Below the pieces are notes generated by a model. The model was not told the DNA's origin and ran no database searches. It saw nothing but the letters and a program-made list of their open reading frames with translations. A stretch of 64,000 bases of DNA, taken from positions 18,527 to 82,526 of the IMG/VR virus record IMGVR_UViG_3300025881_000010; one strand, 5' to 3'. This document shows, piece by piece, positions 46,569-55,116 of the stretch. The translations under genes were made by a program, and so were the position numbers. Numbering within the stretch: the first letter of the stretch is position 1; each line of letters begins with the position of its first letter. This stretch comes from a virus.

Positions 46569-46934
46569 ATGGGAACAAATAACAGAGGATCCAGAGGATC
46601 TAAAAAAGAGAAAGCTAATAAGTCAAACAAAATGACATTCAGAAGATTTACCGCTAAAACTGTACAAATATTTACAGGTGAAGCACACTTTTTAGTTAAA
46701 TCTGCAGCTGATAGTATCGTAGCTACTGAAGCTACAATAGTTCATAAACTATTACCAGATATACCGTATAATCATATTTATGCGGATCGTCATAACAAGA
46801 CTGAAGCTAAGCAAGAGCGTATCATTAATGATTGCAAGAAGCTTAAAGAGAACATGAACAAGATGTTCGCTTCAGCTAGCAAATGTGGTAATGATGCTGA
46901 TAGCATTTATAATGCTGAACTTAATCAACAGTAA
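46569..46934 (+). CDS. Early protein, paralogue of 42276-42533 (121 aa)
   Basis: Shared motif; ATG 46569 preferred. Confidence 0.75.
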   Translation: MGTNNRGSRGSKKEKANKSNKMTFRRFTAKTVQIFTGEAHFLVKSAADSIVATEATIVHKLLPDIPYNHIYADRHNKTEAKQERIINDCKKLKENMNKMFASASKCGNDADSIYNAELNQQ

Positions 46935-47302
46935 TGAAAACTTCAGTAAAAGGATTAGCAGGATTTGGAGCAATAGTATTATTATCATTTATGATAGGGG
47001 ATTTCATAATGACCTCAGCATTCTTTGGATGCTTAATACTATTGGGAATGTACGTGATGATCAACAGAACACACTTTCTGATTTGGATTGTCATGAAGAT
47101 GAACACTGTGATTGATATATCCATATTCCTATTTACAATATTTGCTATGGCAAGCATCGGACTAAATATGTCCGGTGCTTTAACCGTAGCTGGATTGGGA
47201 TATACTATGTGGATGGCTCCACACTTTCGCGAGAAAAGCGAAGAGTATGAGAAAAAACGTAAACCTGTTAAGAATAACAGATCTAACTATGATATGAGAT
47301 AA
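46934..47302 (+). CDS. Membrane protein (122 aa)
   Basis: 3-4 TM helices; TAATG-coupled. Confidence 0.7.
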   Translation: MKTSVKGLAGFGAIVLLSFMIGDFIMTSAFFGCLILLGMYVMINRTHFLIWIVMKMNTVIDISIFLFTIFAMASIGLNMSGALTVAGLGYTMWMAPHFREKSEEYEKKRKPVKNNRSNYDMR

Positions 47303-47304
47303 TT

Positions 47305-47799
47305 ATGAAAAGATATATTTTCAGTGAACCTTTCAAAGGTACATTTCTAAATACAATTACAAACGGTGTAGTTGACTACACTGGAGTACTTGTTGAAGAA
47401 ACTTACAGAGATAAGAATGGATTCTATTGTACCAGGAATACATATCAGAATGGTCAGACTCTCAAAAAATATGTTGAGAAAAAGAATCTAGATCGTAAAA
47501 CTTTAAAAGTTGTAGATGAAGATACCATGCACAAAAGACTTTTGGAGTATTATGACAGCTTAGTTACTAAGTGGTCAGAAATTACAGAGGAAAAGTATTG
47601 GTATTACTTAGAAGTATTGCCACCGGAACGCTGGACAAAGTACACTTATGGAGATGTATTCTTCATGTCGGAAGCTTTAACCGGGAACATACATGGGTGT
47701 GTCTGCCAGTTTAAAGACAAATACTATTTTTGCAATCAGAAGATTAATATAAATATGAAAGATTTGATTGCCACAATTACAAATCAACTCAATACTTAA
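47305..47799 (+). CDS. DUF1419-like protein
   Basis: W.EITEE.Y.Y.LEVLPP...FMSE..TG motif. Confidence 0.55.
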   Translation: MKRYIFSEPFKGTFLNTITNGVVDYTGVLVEETYRDKNGFYCTRNTYQNGQTLKKYVEKKNLDRKTLKVVDEDTMHKRLLEYYDSLVTKWSEITEEKYWYYLEVLPPERWTKYTYGDVFFMSEALTGNIHGCVCQFKDKYYFCNQKININMKDLIATITNQLNT

Positions 47800-47802
47800 A
47801 TT

Positions 47803-48186
47803 ATGAAAAGAATATTTATTTTATTACTTGTAGTATTCGTGAGCTCATGCTCTAAAAATGATTTAATCATTCCTAACAGAGAAATGTTATGGGTTCAATT
47901 AGATAAACCAGGTGTATATAATTGGACTGATGAATCAGATCCAAGTGAAGCTTGGCAAGAATATCAATGCGGTAACGGACCTTACGATGTAAGAATCGAA
48001 GGCAATATGATTATTGTTGATACCTACAAAAATATTAGTTGGGTAAAACATTTAACTGGTAAGTATCGACGTGAAGCTGTAGATATAGGCATTATTGAAG
48101 GCACTAAATTTAAAGTAAAGGTTGATACTCCAGACAAGTTTGGACAGGTTATACGCATAGCATTTGAACCTGAGATAGTTGAATAA
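47803..48186 (+). CDS. Lipoprotein (127 aa)
   Basis: MKRIFILLLVVFVSS-C lipobox followed by SKND. Confidence 0.75.
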   Translation: MKRIFILLLVVFVSSCSKNDLIIPNREMLWVQLDKPGVYNWTDESDPSEAWQEYQCGNGPYDVRIEGNMIIVDTYKNISWVKHLTGKYRREAVDIGIIEGTKFKVKVDTPDKFGQVIRIAFEPEIVE

Positions 48187-48194
48187 CAATTTTA

Positions 48195-48202
48195 TATATT
48201 TG
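48195..48202 (+). promoter_or_regulatory. -7 promoter (TATATTTG)
   Basis: Consensus, 34 nt before ATG 48237. Confidence 0.65.
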
Positions 48203-48236
48203 TTACTCACTGATATATCATTTAAACCCCCAAATT

Positions 48237-48614
48237 ATGGCAGGAATTCCAAGAAGAGACAAAGGCGCTGCAGCTATTGTACCTGAGTCTAACGAAGTGG
48301 TAAGACAAGTCAATTCAATGAATGCTCCAGAATCAGTACAAGCTACTGGTTTAGATCTGGAACCAAACAAAGATTTGTATGTCGCAGCACATTCAGCAAA
48401 TTTCGGTAATATCGTTCAAGGTATGGCCGCTTATGTAGGTAATCGTAGAGGATATGTGAAATCCAAAACGTTTACCGGTGTTAATCCTAATGAAGTGTTA
48501 GCTTCAGTAACCGTAGGTTATAAGGATAAAAAAGGTGTAGAGGAAACTAAAGTTTATACGGCAGCTGACTTAGCATCTGATTCAACATTATTCTTTCAGA
48601 AAGAAAGAGTATAG
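48237..48614 (+). CDS. Hypothetical protein in its own transcription unit (125 aa)
   Basis: Flanked by a promoter and a terminator. Confidence 0.75.
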   Translation: MAGIPRRDKGAAAIVPESNEVVRQVNSMNAPESVQATGLDLEPNKDLYVAAHSANFGNIVQGMAAYVGNRRGYVKSKTFTGVNPNEVLASVTVGYKDKKGVEETKVYTAADLASDSTLFFQKERV

Positions 48615-48635
48615 AGTAACAAATTTATTATAACA

Positions 48636-48664
48636 AAAAGCCACCTTAATAGGGTGGCTTTTTT
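48636..48664 (+). terminator. Intrinsic terminator
   Basis: AAAAGCCACC-N-GGTGGCTTTTTT. Confidence 0.85.
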
Positions 48665-48679
48665 AATTACATCAAGATT

Positions 48680-49105
48680 ATGAATAGCATTAATGGTATG
48701 GATTTGACTGAACAAGAAAATCAAATCTTACGTCTTTACGCAATGGGTAAAGAGTATGAAGAAATTATTCAAACTTTATTTGAAGAGTTTGGAGAGAAAT
48801 TTAATAATCGAACACTCGGTTATAAAATGGGCGCAATCAAAAAGAAATTAGATTGCAAAACACAATTTCAAGTAGGATATCAATATTCTCACAAGGAATT
48901 TCAATCAATAGTAGAAAGTTTAAAAGATCAACATGATATTGTTCTCAAGAAAGCTGAGGTAAAATATTTCTCAGATGGCTACAAGAAAGGTCATGATGAA
49001 TCTTTAACTAGAATACAGAGTAATGAAACATCATTCGGAATTATAATGGGAGTGTTATTCACTACCGTATTCTGGTTATTCTTTTACTATTTCATTATTA
49101 AATAA
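48680..49105 (+). CDS. LuxR-type HTH protein with a C-terminal TM helix
   Basis: LT..E..IL.L.A.G....EI...L ... RT.......I..KL pattern; hydrophobic C-terminus. Confidence 0.7.
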   Translation: MNSINGMDLTEQENQILRLYAMGKEYEEIIQTLFEEFGEKFNNRTLGYKMGAIKKKLDCKTQFQVGYQYSHKEFQSIVESLKDQHDIVLKKAEVKYFSDGYKKGHDESLTRIQSNETSFGIIMGVLFTTVFWLFFYYFIIK

Positions 49106-49114
49106 ATCAAGATT

Positions 49115-49597
49115 ATGGAAACAAGTTTTCAATTATTCACTGTAGTAGAAGATGGTGATTTATTCGTTCCTTTAAATAGCATACATCAAAATCTTTCAAC
49201 AGGAAAGTTTATGTTGTATGATCAATTTGAAGATACAGATGATGGAACCTTCCCAAGAGTTTCAGACTATACAAGATTAGCCAATAAAATAGAAAACTAT
49301 GGAGCTTCAGCTTTCATTCATTGGCAAACTGGAAGAAAGTTAAAAGCTGATACTGGTTATTGTACTGTAATTAGAGAAGGCAAATCAGATAGTGAAGCAA
49401 CATTAGTATTTGATAAACCCATCAAAGTTTCTTTTGGTGAAATTAATGGAGAACATATTGTTCGAAATGTTACAGAAATCAAAGGAGAATTTGATTACGA
49501 TTGGTTCTGGAGAAAAAACGGTAGGCAAGAAAAAATTGCCAACGGTTGTGAAATTTATTTTAACTGTAAAGAATTTAAAAATGAGTCAATTAAGTAA
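49115..49597 (+). CDS. Hypothetical protein (160 aa)
   Basis: ORF with CAAGATT-ATG start. Confidence 0.65.
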   Translation: METSFQLFTVVEDGDLFVPLNSIHQNLSTGKFMLYDQFEDTDDGTFPRVSDYTRLANKIENYGASAFIHWQTGRKLKADTGYCTVIREGKSDSEATLVFDKPIKVSFGEINGEHIVRNVTEIKGEFDYDWFWRKNGRQEKIANGCEIYFNCKEFKNESIK

Positions 49598-49964
49598 AGG
49601 AGATCTAATGACAATGGTATATGGCGAAGGCTATTCTAATATAGACTCCGCTATACCTCAAGCATTATGGGAACAAGTGAACACAAGAATCCATGTTATG
49701 AATTATAACAACTTTGGACAATTGGAGAACCTAATGCTATTAGCTATCAAGAAAGAACTTGATATCGACTACAAAGAGGAATACATAAAATGTTGTGCAA
49801 GTAATTCATATTACTACAACAATTATTTACGTGAAGTAGGAATGCCATTCTGGACTCCAGAGGTGTTCAAAGCTTACAAGAAAAAGCTTTCAATGAAAGA
49901 AGGAAAAACTTTCCTTCAATTATGTGATGAATATTTTGATAAAAATAATATACTATGGAAATAA
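49581..49964 (+). CDS. Hypothetical protein (127 aa)
   Basis: ATG 49581 preferred over the long overlap given in the ORF track. Confidence 0.6.
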   Translation: MSQLSKGDLMTMVYGEGYSNIDSAIPQALWEQVNTRIHVMNYNNFGQLENLMLLAIKKELDIDYKEEYIKCCASNSYYYNNYLREVGMPFWTPEVFKAYKKKLSMKEGKTFLQLCDEYFDKNNILWK

Positions 49965-50170
49965 CAAGAACAAGTTCTCTTACAGGAAAAGAGAACACAA
50001 TGGATTTAGATGTTACTGAACAACAAATCTATGATCATAGAAATGGAGTAAAAGCTCAGGATGCATATCCTAATTTAACAGCTCCAGAACGTGAATTTCT
50101 AATCTCAGGTGCAACACCTGATGAATGGAATGAATATTTTGGTGTTCCAAATGATGATGAAGAAGAATAA
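49955..50170 (+). CDS. Small conserved phage protein (71 aa)
   Basis: Q.A.P.L...EREFLISG.TP.EW motif, common in phages. Confidence 0.65.
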   Translation: MEITRTSSLTGKENTMDLDVTEQQIYDHRNGVKAQDAYPNLTAPEREFLISGATPDEWNEYFGVPNDDEEE

Positions 50171-52744
50171 ATGAGTATAATTGCTGAAGCTAAGAAAGAA
50201 CAATTTTCGCTTTTGTTAGATTACAAACAAGAAATAAAATATATTGAGGGAGATCTGGACAATGTCAAACAGATGCTCCCTAAACTGTATTCTACACAAC
50301 ACGAAGATGTTCATAAAGCAATGATGCGATTTCTCGTTGGTAAAGGAATGCTCTTTACAAATGGTACCGGTACAGGAAAAACTTTCGTTGGACTCGGTAT
50401 CTCTCATAGGTTTTATTCTAAAGGAAAAACAAGTCAATTAATTGTTACTCCTAACGATGCTAAGTGTGAAGACTGGATTTTAGAAGCACAACATGTAGAT
50501 TTAGTAATCACAATGATAGAGGGTACCAAAGATGCGGGTAGAGGAATCTCCACCACAACTTACGCTAACTTCTACCAAAACTACGCGCTTCTTACAAGAG
50601 AATTTGATTTAATCATTTATGATGAATCACATTATCTTACCCAAAATGCTTCGGGTAAACATACAGTCTACTTAGATCAGCATAAACGCATTGCCAATGT
50701 TCCTTCGGTAGCGAAGGAAAAGGCAATGCGTATTGTAGGAGATCCACCAGAATACAGACCTAATTGTGAGCTATGGAATAGTCAAGCTGAAGCTTGGCGT
50801 TTCCGATTAGATCACGTTACATGGGAGTATGTTGAAAAAACAAAAGTAGTATTCTTATCAGCTACTCCATTTGCTTACAGAAAGTCTATTAAATATGCAG
50901 ATGGTTGTCTTTTTGATATATGGGAAACCTTAAACAAAAAGCCACCATCATTGGCACATTCTGGAGAGTATAATGAACCTAATCCATGGGAAGCTTTCAT
51001 GATTGAAAATTTTGGTTATCGTATGTCTTACGATAAGCTTACAATTCCGGAAAGCGGAGTTGACTTGGATTTAATGGAGAGAGCATTCTTTGAGAAGTAT
51101 CAAGAGAAAGGTGTAATGTCTACACGAATACTGGAATTAGAACAAGACTATTCTAGGCAGTTCGTTACAGTAGATAGTGAACTCGGTGATTTCATCAATG
51201 ATGGAATCGAAATGTTTAGCAAACAGGAGATTAAAGATAAATACAAAAATCTATCTGAGCTTGTCTCTAAAAAATATAATTACAATTATATTAATCAATT
51301 GTTGGAAGCTATTAAAGCCAAGCAAACAGTTGAAAGAGCCAAGCAGCATATAGCATTAGGCCGTAAGGTTGTAGTGTTCCATTCATTCAATCATAACTTG
51401 ATGGAGCATCCGTTTAAATTCAATCCTAGTAAAATTACTAAGAAGGAAGAAAAACATTTAATACCAGAACTAAGAAAAGAAATTGCAGCTTGGGAAGAAG
51501 AATTTCCTGAATATGTAAATTTAGATCTTGATGGTATCTCAAATGTGCGGAAAACATTTACTGATGCATTTCATAATTGCCTTCAGATAAATGGTACTAT
51601 ACCTAAAAAGAAACGTAAGCATAATGAGAATCTGTTTAACAACAGTTCTCAACACAGGATTATTCTAATCCAAAAAGATGCCGGTAAGGAAGGTATTTCA
51701 TTACATGATAAGTTTGGCGATTTTCAAAGAGTAGAACTTAATCTATGTCTTCCAACAAGACCTACAGAGGCTATTCAAATTGAAGGAAGAATATACCGTG
51801 ATGGCGTTCTAAGTGATGCTATCTATGAGTACATGTCTATTCAAACAAACTTTGAGAGAATAGCATTTGCAGAGAAGATAGCTGAAAGAGCTAGAACGGC
51901 AGAAAACCTTGCAATGGGTAATCTTGCCCGTGATCTCGAAAATTCATTCAAAGAAGCCTATCTCGCTTCTTCTAAATTTGAACCATACATCGGCCAAGGT
52001 GTAGGAGGAAAAGCACAAGACCGTCAGGTTAAAGTATTTTCAGCTTACGATAAAGCTAAGTCTTACTATTTCGCTCAGATGAAACGAAATAGTAAAACTA
52101 AAAATAAAGAAGGTGGAGACACATTCTTTACTGCAGAACCTTTAGGTTACAAAATGATTCAATGGCTAAAAATAAAAGCTAATGAACGTTTTTGTGAACC
52201 TTCAGCTGGTGTAGGATCTATTGGTAGATTTGCACCTGGTCATTCAGAGAATACGTTCATAGAAATCAATCGTGATTCTTATGCTAAAATGATGGTTTAC
52301 TGTAAGGGTAATCATAAAAATGAGGACTTTGAAGAGTACAACATAATCAATAAGTATGAATGTATTGCTATGAATCCACCGTTCGGAGTAGGAGGTAAGG
52401 AAGCTTTTGATCATATTCAAAAAGCTGTAATAAATCACTTATCTCAACGCAGACAAGAATTCGACTTCGAAGGTTCAAGATTAGTGGCTATCGTTCCAGA
52501 TGGTCCAAGTATGAATAAACGTCTTGATGAATTATATGAATCAAATGCGTTTAGACATTTCAATTTAACTGCAGAGGTGCTATTACCTAGTTGTGCATTT
52601 GAAAGAGCCGGAACGAATGTTCGTTGTAAGGTGATTAAAATTGAACATGCTATTACAGGTAATGAAACCTTCAGGAAGATTGACCTTTCCTATTGTAATG
52701 ATATTCAAGAGTTCTTTGAAGAACTTGAATATCTAGAAATATAA
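50171..52744 (+). CDS. SF2 helicase (strawberry-notch-like) fused to an amino-methyltransferase; DarB-like
   Basis: GTGTGKT, DESH, SATP, AGKEGISLHD and Q.EGRIYR; then EPSAG.G (motif I) and NPPF (motif IV). Confidence 0.85.
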   Translation: MSIIAEAKKEQFSLLLDYKQEIKYIEGDLDNVKQMLPKLYSTQHEDVHKAMMRFLVGKGMLFTNGTGTGKTFVGLGISHRFYSKGKTSQLIVTPNDAKCEDWILEAQHVDLVITMIEGTKDAGRGISTTTYANFYQNYALLTREFDLIIYDESHYLTQNASGKHTVYLDQHKRIANVPSVAKEKAMRIVGDPPEYRPNCELWNSQAEAWRFRLDHVTWEYVEKTKVVFLSATPFAYRKSIKYADGCLFDIWETLNKKPPSLAHSGEYNEPNPWEAFMIENFGYRMSYDKLTIPESGVDLDLMERAFFEKYQEKGVMSTRILELEQDYSRQFVTVDSELGDFINDGIEMFSKQEIKDKYKNLSELVSKKYNYNYINQLLEAIKAKQTVERAKQHIALGRKVVVFHSFNHNLMEHPFKFNPSKITKKEEKHLIPELRKEIAAWEEEFPEYVNLDLDGISNVRKTFTDAFHNCLQINGTIPKKKRKHNENLFNNSSQHRIILIQKDAGKEGISLHDKFGDFQRVELNLCLPTRPTEAIQIEGRIYRDGVLSDAIYEYMSIQTNFERIAFAEKIAERARTAENLAMGNLARDLENSFKEAYLASSKFEPYIGQGVGGKAQDRQVKVFSAYDKAKSYYFAQMKRNSKTKNKEGGDTFFTAEPLGYKMIQWLKIKANERFCEPSAGVGSIGRFAPGHSENTFIEINRDSYAKMMVYCKGNHKNEDFEEYNIINKYECIAMNPPFGVGGKEAFDHIQKAVINHLSQRRQEFDFEGSRLVAIVPDGPSMNKRLDELYESNAFRHFNLTAEVLLPSCAFERAGTNVRCKVIKIEHAITGNETFRKIDLSYCNDIQEFFEELEYLEI

Positions 52745-52754
52745 AACAAAATTT

Positions 52755-52991
52755 ATGGAATTAGTAAGAAATGGACTATGGATATTTTCTATAGTCTACG
52801 CTGCCTATGGCGTATTACAAATGATAGCAAATTGGATTTTAATTAAACAAACTAAAAAATCATTTGAGTATCAACTTATCTCTAAAAATCAAGAGCAGAA
52901 AATTGAAAATGTAAAAATTAAAGCTCAAAAAAAAGCATTTAAAAAAGTGCTGATTGGAGTTTGTATAATAATCGTTTTAATAATATCGTAA
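52755..52991 (+). CDS. Small membrane protein (78 aa)
   Basis: Two TM segments. Confidence 0.6.
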   Translation: MELVRNGLWIFSIVYAAYGVLQMIANWILIKQTKKSFEYQLISKNQEQKIENVKIKAQKKAFKKVLIGVCIIIVLIIS

Positions 52992-53263
52992 TGAAATTAA
53001 AAAAGAATGAATTGGATTGGTTGTTCAATCAATCTGAAGCAAAGAAAGCAGTTCCGGTATTAGGAGCAAGAAACTTAACACAAGTGGCATCAGTAATTAT
53101 TCATACTACTGATCAATGTGAAGAGCTTGAAACTTATGATAAGATGATAATGCATGGTTCGCAAGAAGCTGATCAAAAATTAATTGAATGGATTAAACTT
53201 CAAATCGAGAAAAATAAAACTCACGAGAAGTATATCTATTTCAGATTTAAATGCTGGAACTAA
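52991..53263 (+). CDS. Hypothetical protein (90 aa)
   Basis: TAATG-coupled start. Confidence 0.6.
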   Translation: MKLKKNELDWLFNQSEAKKAVPVLGARNLTQVASVIIHTTDQCEELETYDKMIMHGSQEADQKLIEWIKLQIEKNKTHEKYIYFRFKCWN

Positions 53264-53439
53264 TGTGGCAAATTAATGACGATGAAGGAACTATTCACTC
53301 CGGGAGTGAAGATGAAATGAGAACTGCATTTTATATAATGACAGGTCAATTGAAGGCTACCAGACATGAAAGAGACGAATGGTCTTATGATTGGAAAGGA
53401 GATTTAGAGTTAGTACAAGTTCATGAAGTATTTAGATAA
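53251..53439 (+). CDS. Hypothetical protein (62 aa)
   Basis: ORF in a packed operon. Confidence 0.55.
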   Translation: MLELMWQINDDEGTIHSGSEDEMRTAFYIMTGQLKATRHERDEWSYDWKGDLELVQVHEVFR

Positions 53440-53457
53440 TGAATAAAGAAAAATTCA

Positions 53458-53625
53458 ATGATAAAACAAATAATTAAACAATTTATTCTTTCATTATGGA
53501 GAGATGGTTGGATAGATTTTAGAATGGAAAAAAACAATTATAAAGAATTTGATGAATGGTTTGAAAGGCAATATAAATCAAGATTAAGTTCTTATGAAAA
53601 ATCTTTAATAGAAAAAGATGAGTAA
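53458..53625 (+). CDS. Hypothetical protein MIKQIIKQF... (55 aa)
   Basis: Read by eye; fills the gap between ORF-track genes. Confidence 0.5.
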   Translation: MIKQIIKQFILSLWRDGWIDFRMEKNNYKEFDEWFERQYKSRLSSYEKSLIEKDE

Positions 53626-53872
53626 TATAATTGAATGGCATCAAGCCCAAGAACTGCCAGAACATAATAGGCAGTCACAAGAAGAAGCTATTGCAGATTT
53701 CTTAGAAGAAGATAATGAAATGGCTAACGGTAGAGATCTCCAATATTGGAGTGAGAAAACCGGTAAAGATTTAGACTGGATCATGGATAATGGCAAAAAT
53801 ATAAATGCTGTTATTCGTGAGATCTATTATATAGAAGGCAGCTTAGATGCTGTATGGGAATTTAATTCATAA
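53618..53872 (+). CDS. Acidic hypothetical protein (84 aa)
   Basis: ORF in a packed operon. Confidence 0.6.
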   Translation: MSNIIEWHQAQELPEHNRQSQEEAIADFLEEDNEMANGRDLQYWSEKTGKDLDWIMDNGKNINAVIREIYYIEGSLDAVWEFNS

Positions 53873-53876
53873 AATT

Positions 53877-54167
53877 ATGGCAGTAAAATATGTTGACACT
53901 TTAAATCCTAAACTTTTAGAAAAACTAAAAAGTTTAGGTGTTACTGAAGATGATTTATTTAATCATTATTCAGATTTGTATATAGGATGCACCGACATTA
54001 AGCAATCTCTTGAAATATTAAGTGGCGAAAGCAGAGCAATATTCTCAACGTTTATACCACAAGAAGGAAGCAATATGGATAAATATGGAATAGCAGTAGA
54101 AGTAGTATTCGGTTATATCGATGGCGATTTTAAAGAAAAGCATCCTAATAATCATTTAAGAAAATAG
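53877..54167 (+). CDS. Hypothetical protein (96 aa)
   Basis: H.SDLY motif; ATG 53877 preferred. Confidence 0.6.
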   Translation: MAVKYVDTLNPKLLEKLKSLGVTEDDLFNHYSDLYIGCTDIKQSLEILSGESRAIFSTFIPQEGSNMDKYGIAVEVVFGYIDGDFKEKHPNNHLRK

Positions 54168-54169
54168 CT

Positions 54170-54859
54170 ATGTGCAATATCAAATTAGATTCAAATTTCT
54201 ACCTCTTCGGAGGTAAAGGTGATGTGTGGAGTAAAACAGCTCACATAGCACAGTCAGGAAGTTTCTCAGGAGTTACCCTTTGTGGTAAACCTATGCTTAG
54301 TTCTAATCATGTTCAATATAACAATGTTACAGAACCAGGTTGTCAAGAGTGTATTAATCAATATGAAAAATTAGGATATATGAATTTCGAAGTAAATCAA
54401 GAGATCACAGTTATAGTTATCAATGGATTAGCAATGACAAGCCGTTGGCTAATGAAAGTTAAGGAAGTCATTGAAAATGATGGAGAGGAAGATTATATCA
54501 CTGTAGTCGAGAAAGGAAAAAGAAAACGTTACACTTATAAGAAATCATTCTTTGAAAAAGGAATTATTCTTAAAGGTTGGGATCACAAATTATTTGTGGA
54601 TAGTGATGGAAATTACTTTGCCGGTAATGCTTGTTTCAATCTGGTATCTGATATGACTCACGAAGAACTTCGTAAGTATTTAGATAATCATGCCTATCAA
54701 ATAAGTGATGAATCAAAGTCAAGAATCTTTCATTTATCATTTAAAAGATGTGCTGATACCTCTTACGAAAAATCATTAACTGATGTCCTTTACCCTGAAA
54801 TCTCATCTTCTTGCGCTCCTATGGAAGCGGCAAGAAGAATAACGGAGAAAAGCGTATAG
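54170..54859 (+). CDS. Hypothetical protein with an N-terminal Zn-finger-like motif (229 aa)
   Basis: H...TLCG...C..C. Confidence 0.6.
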   Translation: MCNIKLDSNFYLFGGKGDVWSKTAHIAQSGSFSGVTLCGKPMLSSNHVQYNNVTEPGCQECINQYEKLGYMNFEVNQEITVIVINGLAMTSRWLMKVKEVIENDGEEDYITVVEKGKRKRYTYKKSFFEKGIILKGWDHKLFVDSDGNYFAGNACFNLVSDMTHEELRKYLDNHAYQISDESKSRIFHLSFKRCADTSYEKSLTDVLYPEISSSCAPMEAARRITEKSV

Positions 54860-54873
54860 TACGATAAATCAAT

Positions 54874-54881
54874 TATATTTG
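54874..54881 (+). promoter_or_regulatory. -7 promoter (TATATTTG) of the replication operon
   Basis: Consensus, 6 nt before ATG 54888. Confidence 0.6.
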
Positions 54882-54887
54882 CGGAAA

Positions 54888-55097
54888 ATGTCAGAACGCA
54901 AGATTTTTTTAGTGGATGGCAAAAGATGTTATATAATTAAATGTTACACTCATACAGCAGTGGTGCATCTCATGAAAGAAAATAGAAACATGGAGGTGCA
55001 CCAATCTTACATTAAGACTTGGTACCCAAATAGAAAACCAAAGGTTAAAAAGATACCAGCTGTAAAAGTCAATCCACAAACAAGTTTGAAATTTTAA
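54888..55097 (+). CDS. Small basic protein (69 aa)
   Basis: Ends QTSLKF, which resembles a sliding-clamp-binding motif. Confidence 0.55.
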   Translation: MSERKIFLVDGKRCYIIKCYTHTAVVHLMKENRNMEVHQSYIKTWYPNRKPKVKKIPAVKVNPQTSLKF

Positions 55098-55116
55098 TAA
55101 TTAAATATTTTTTGAT

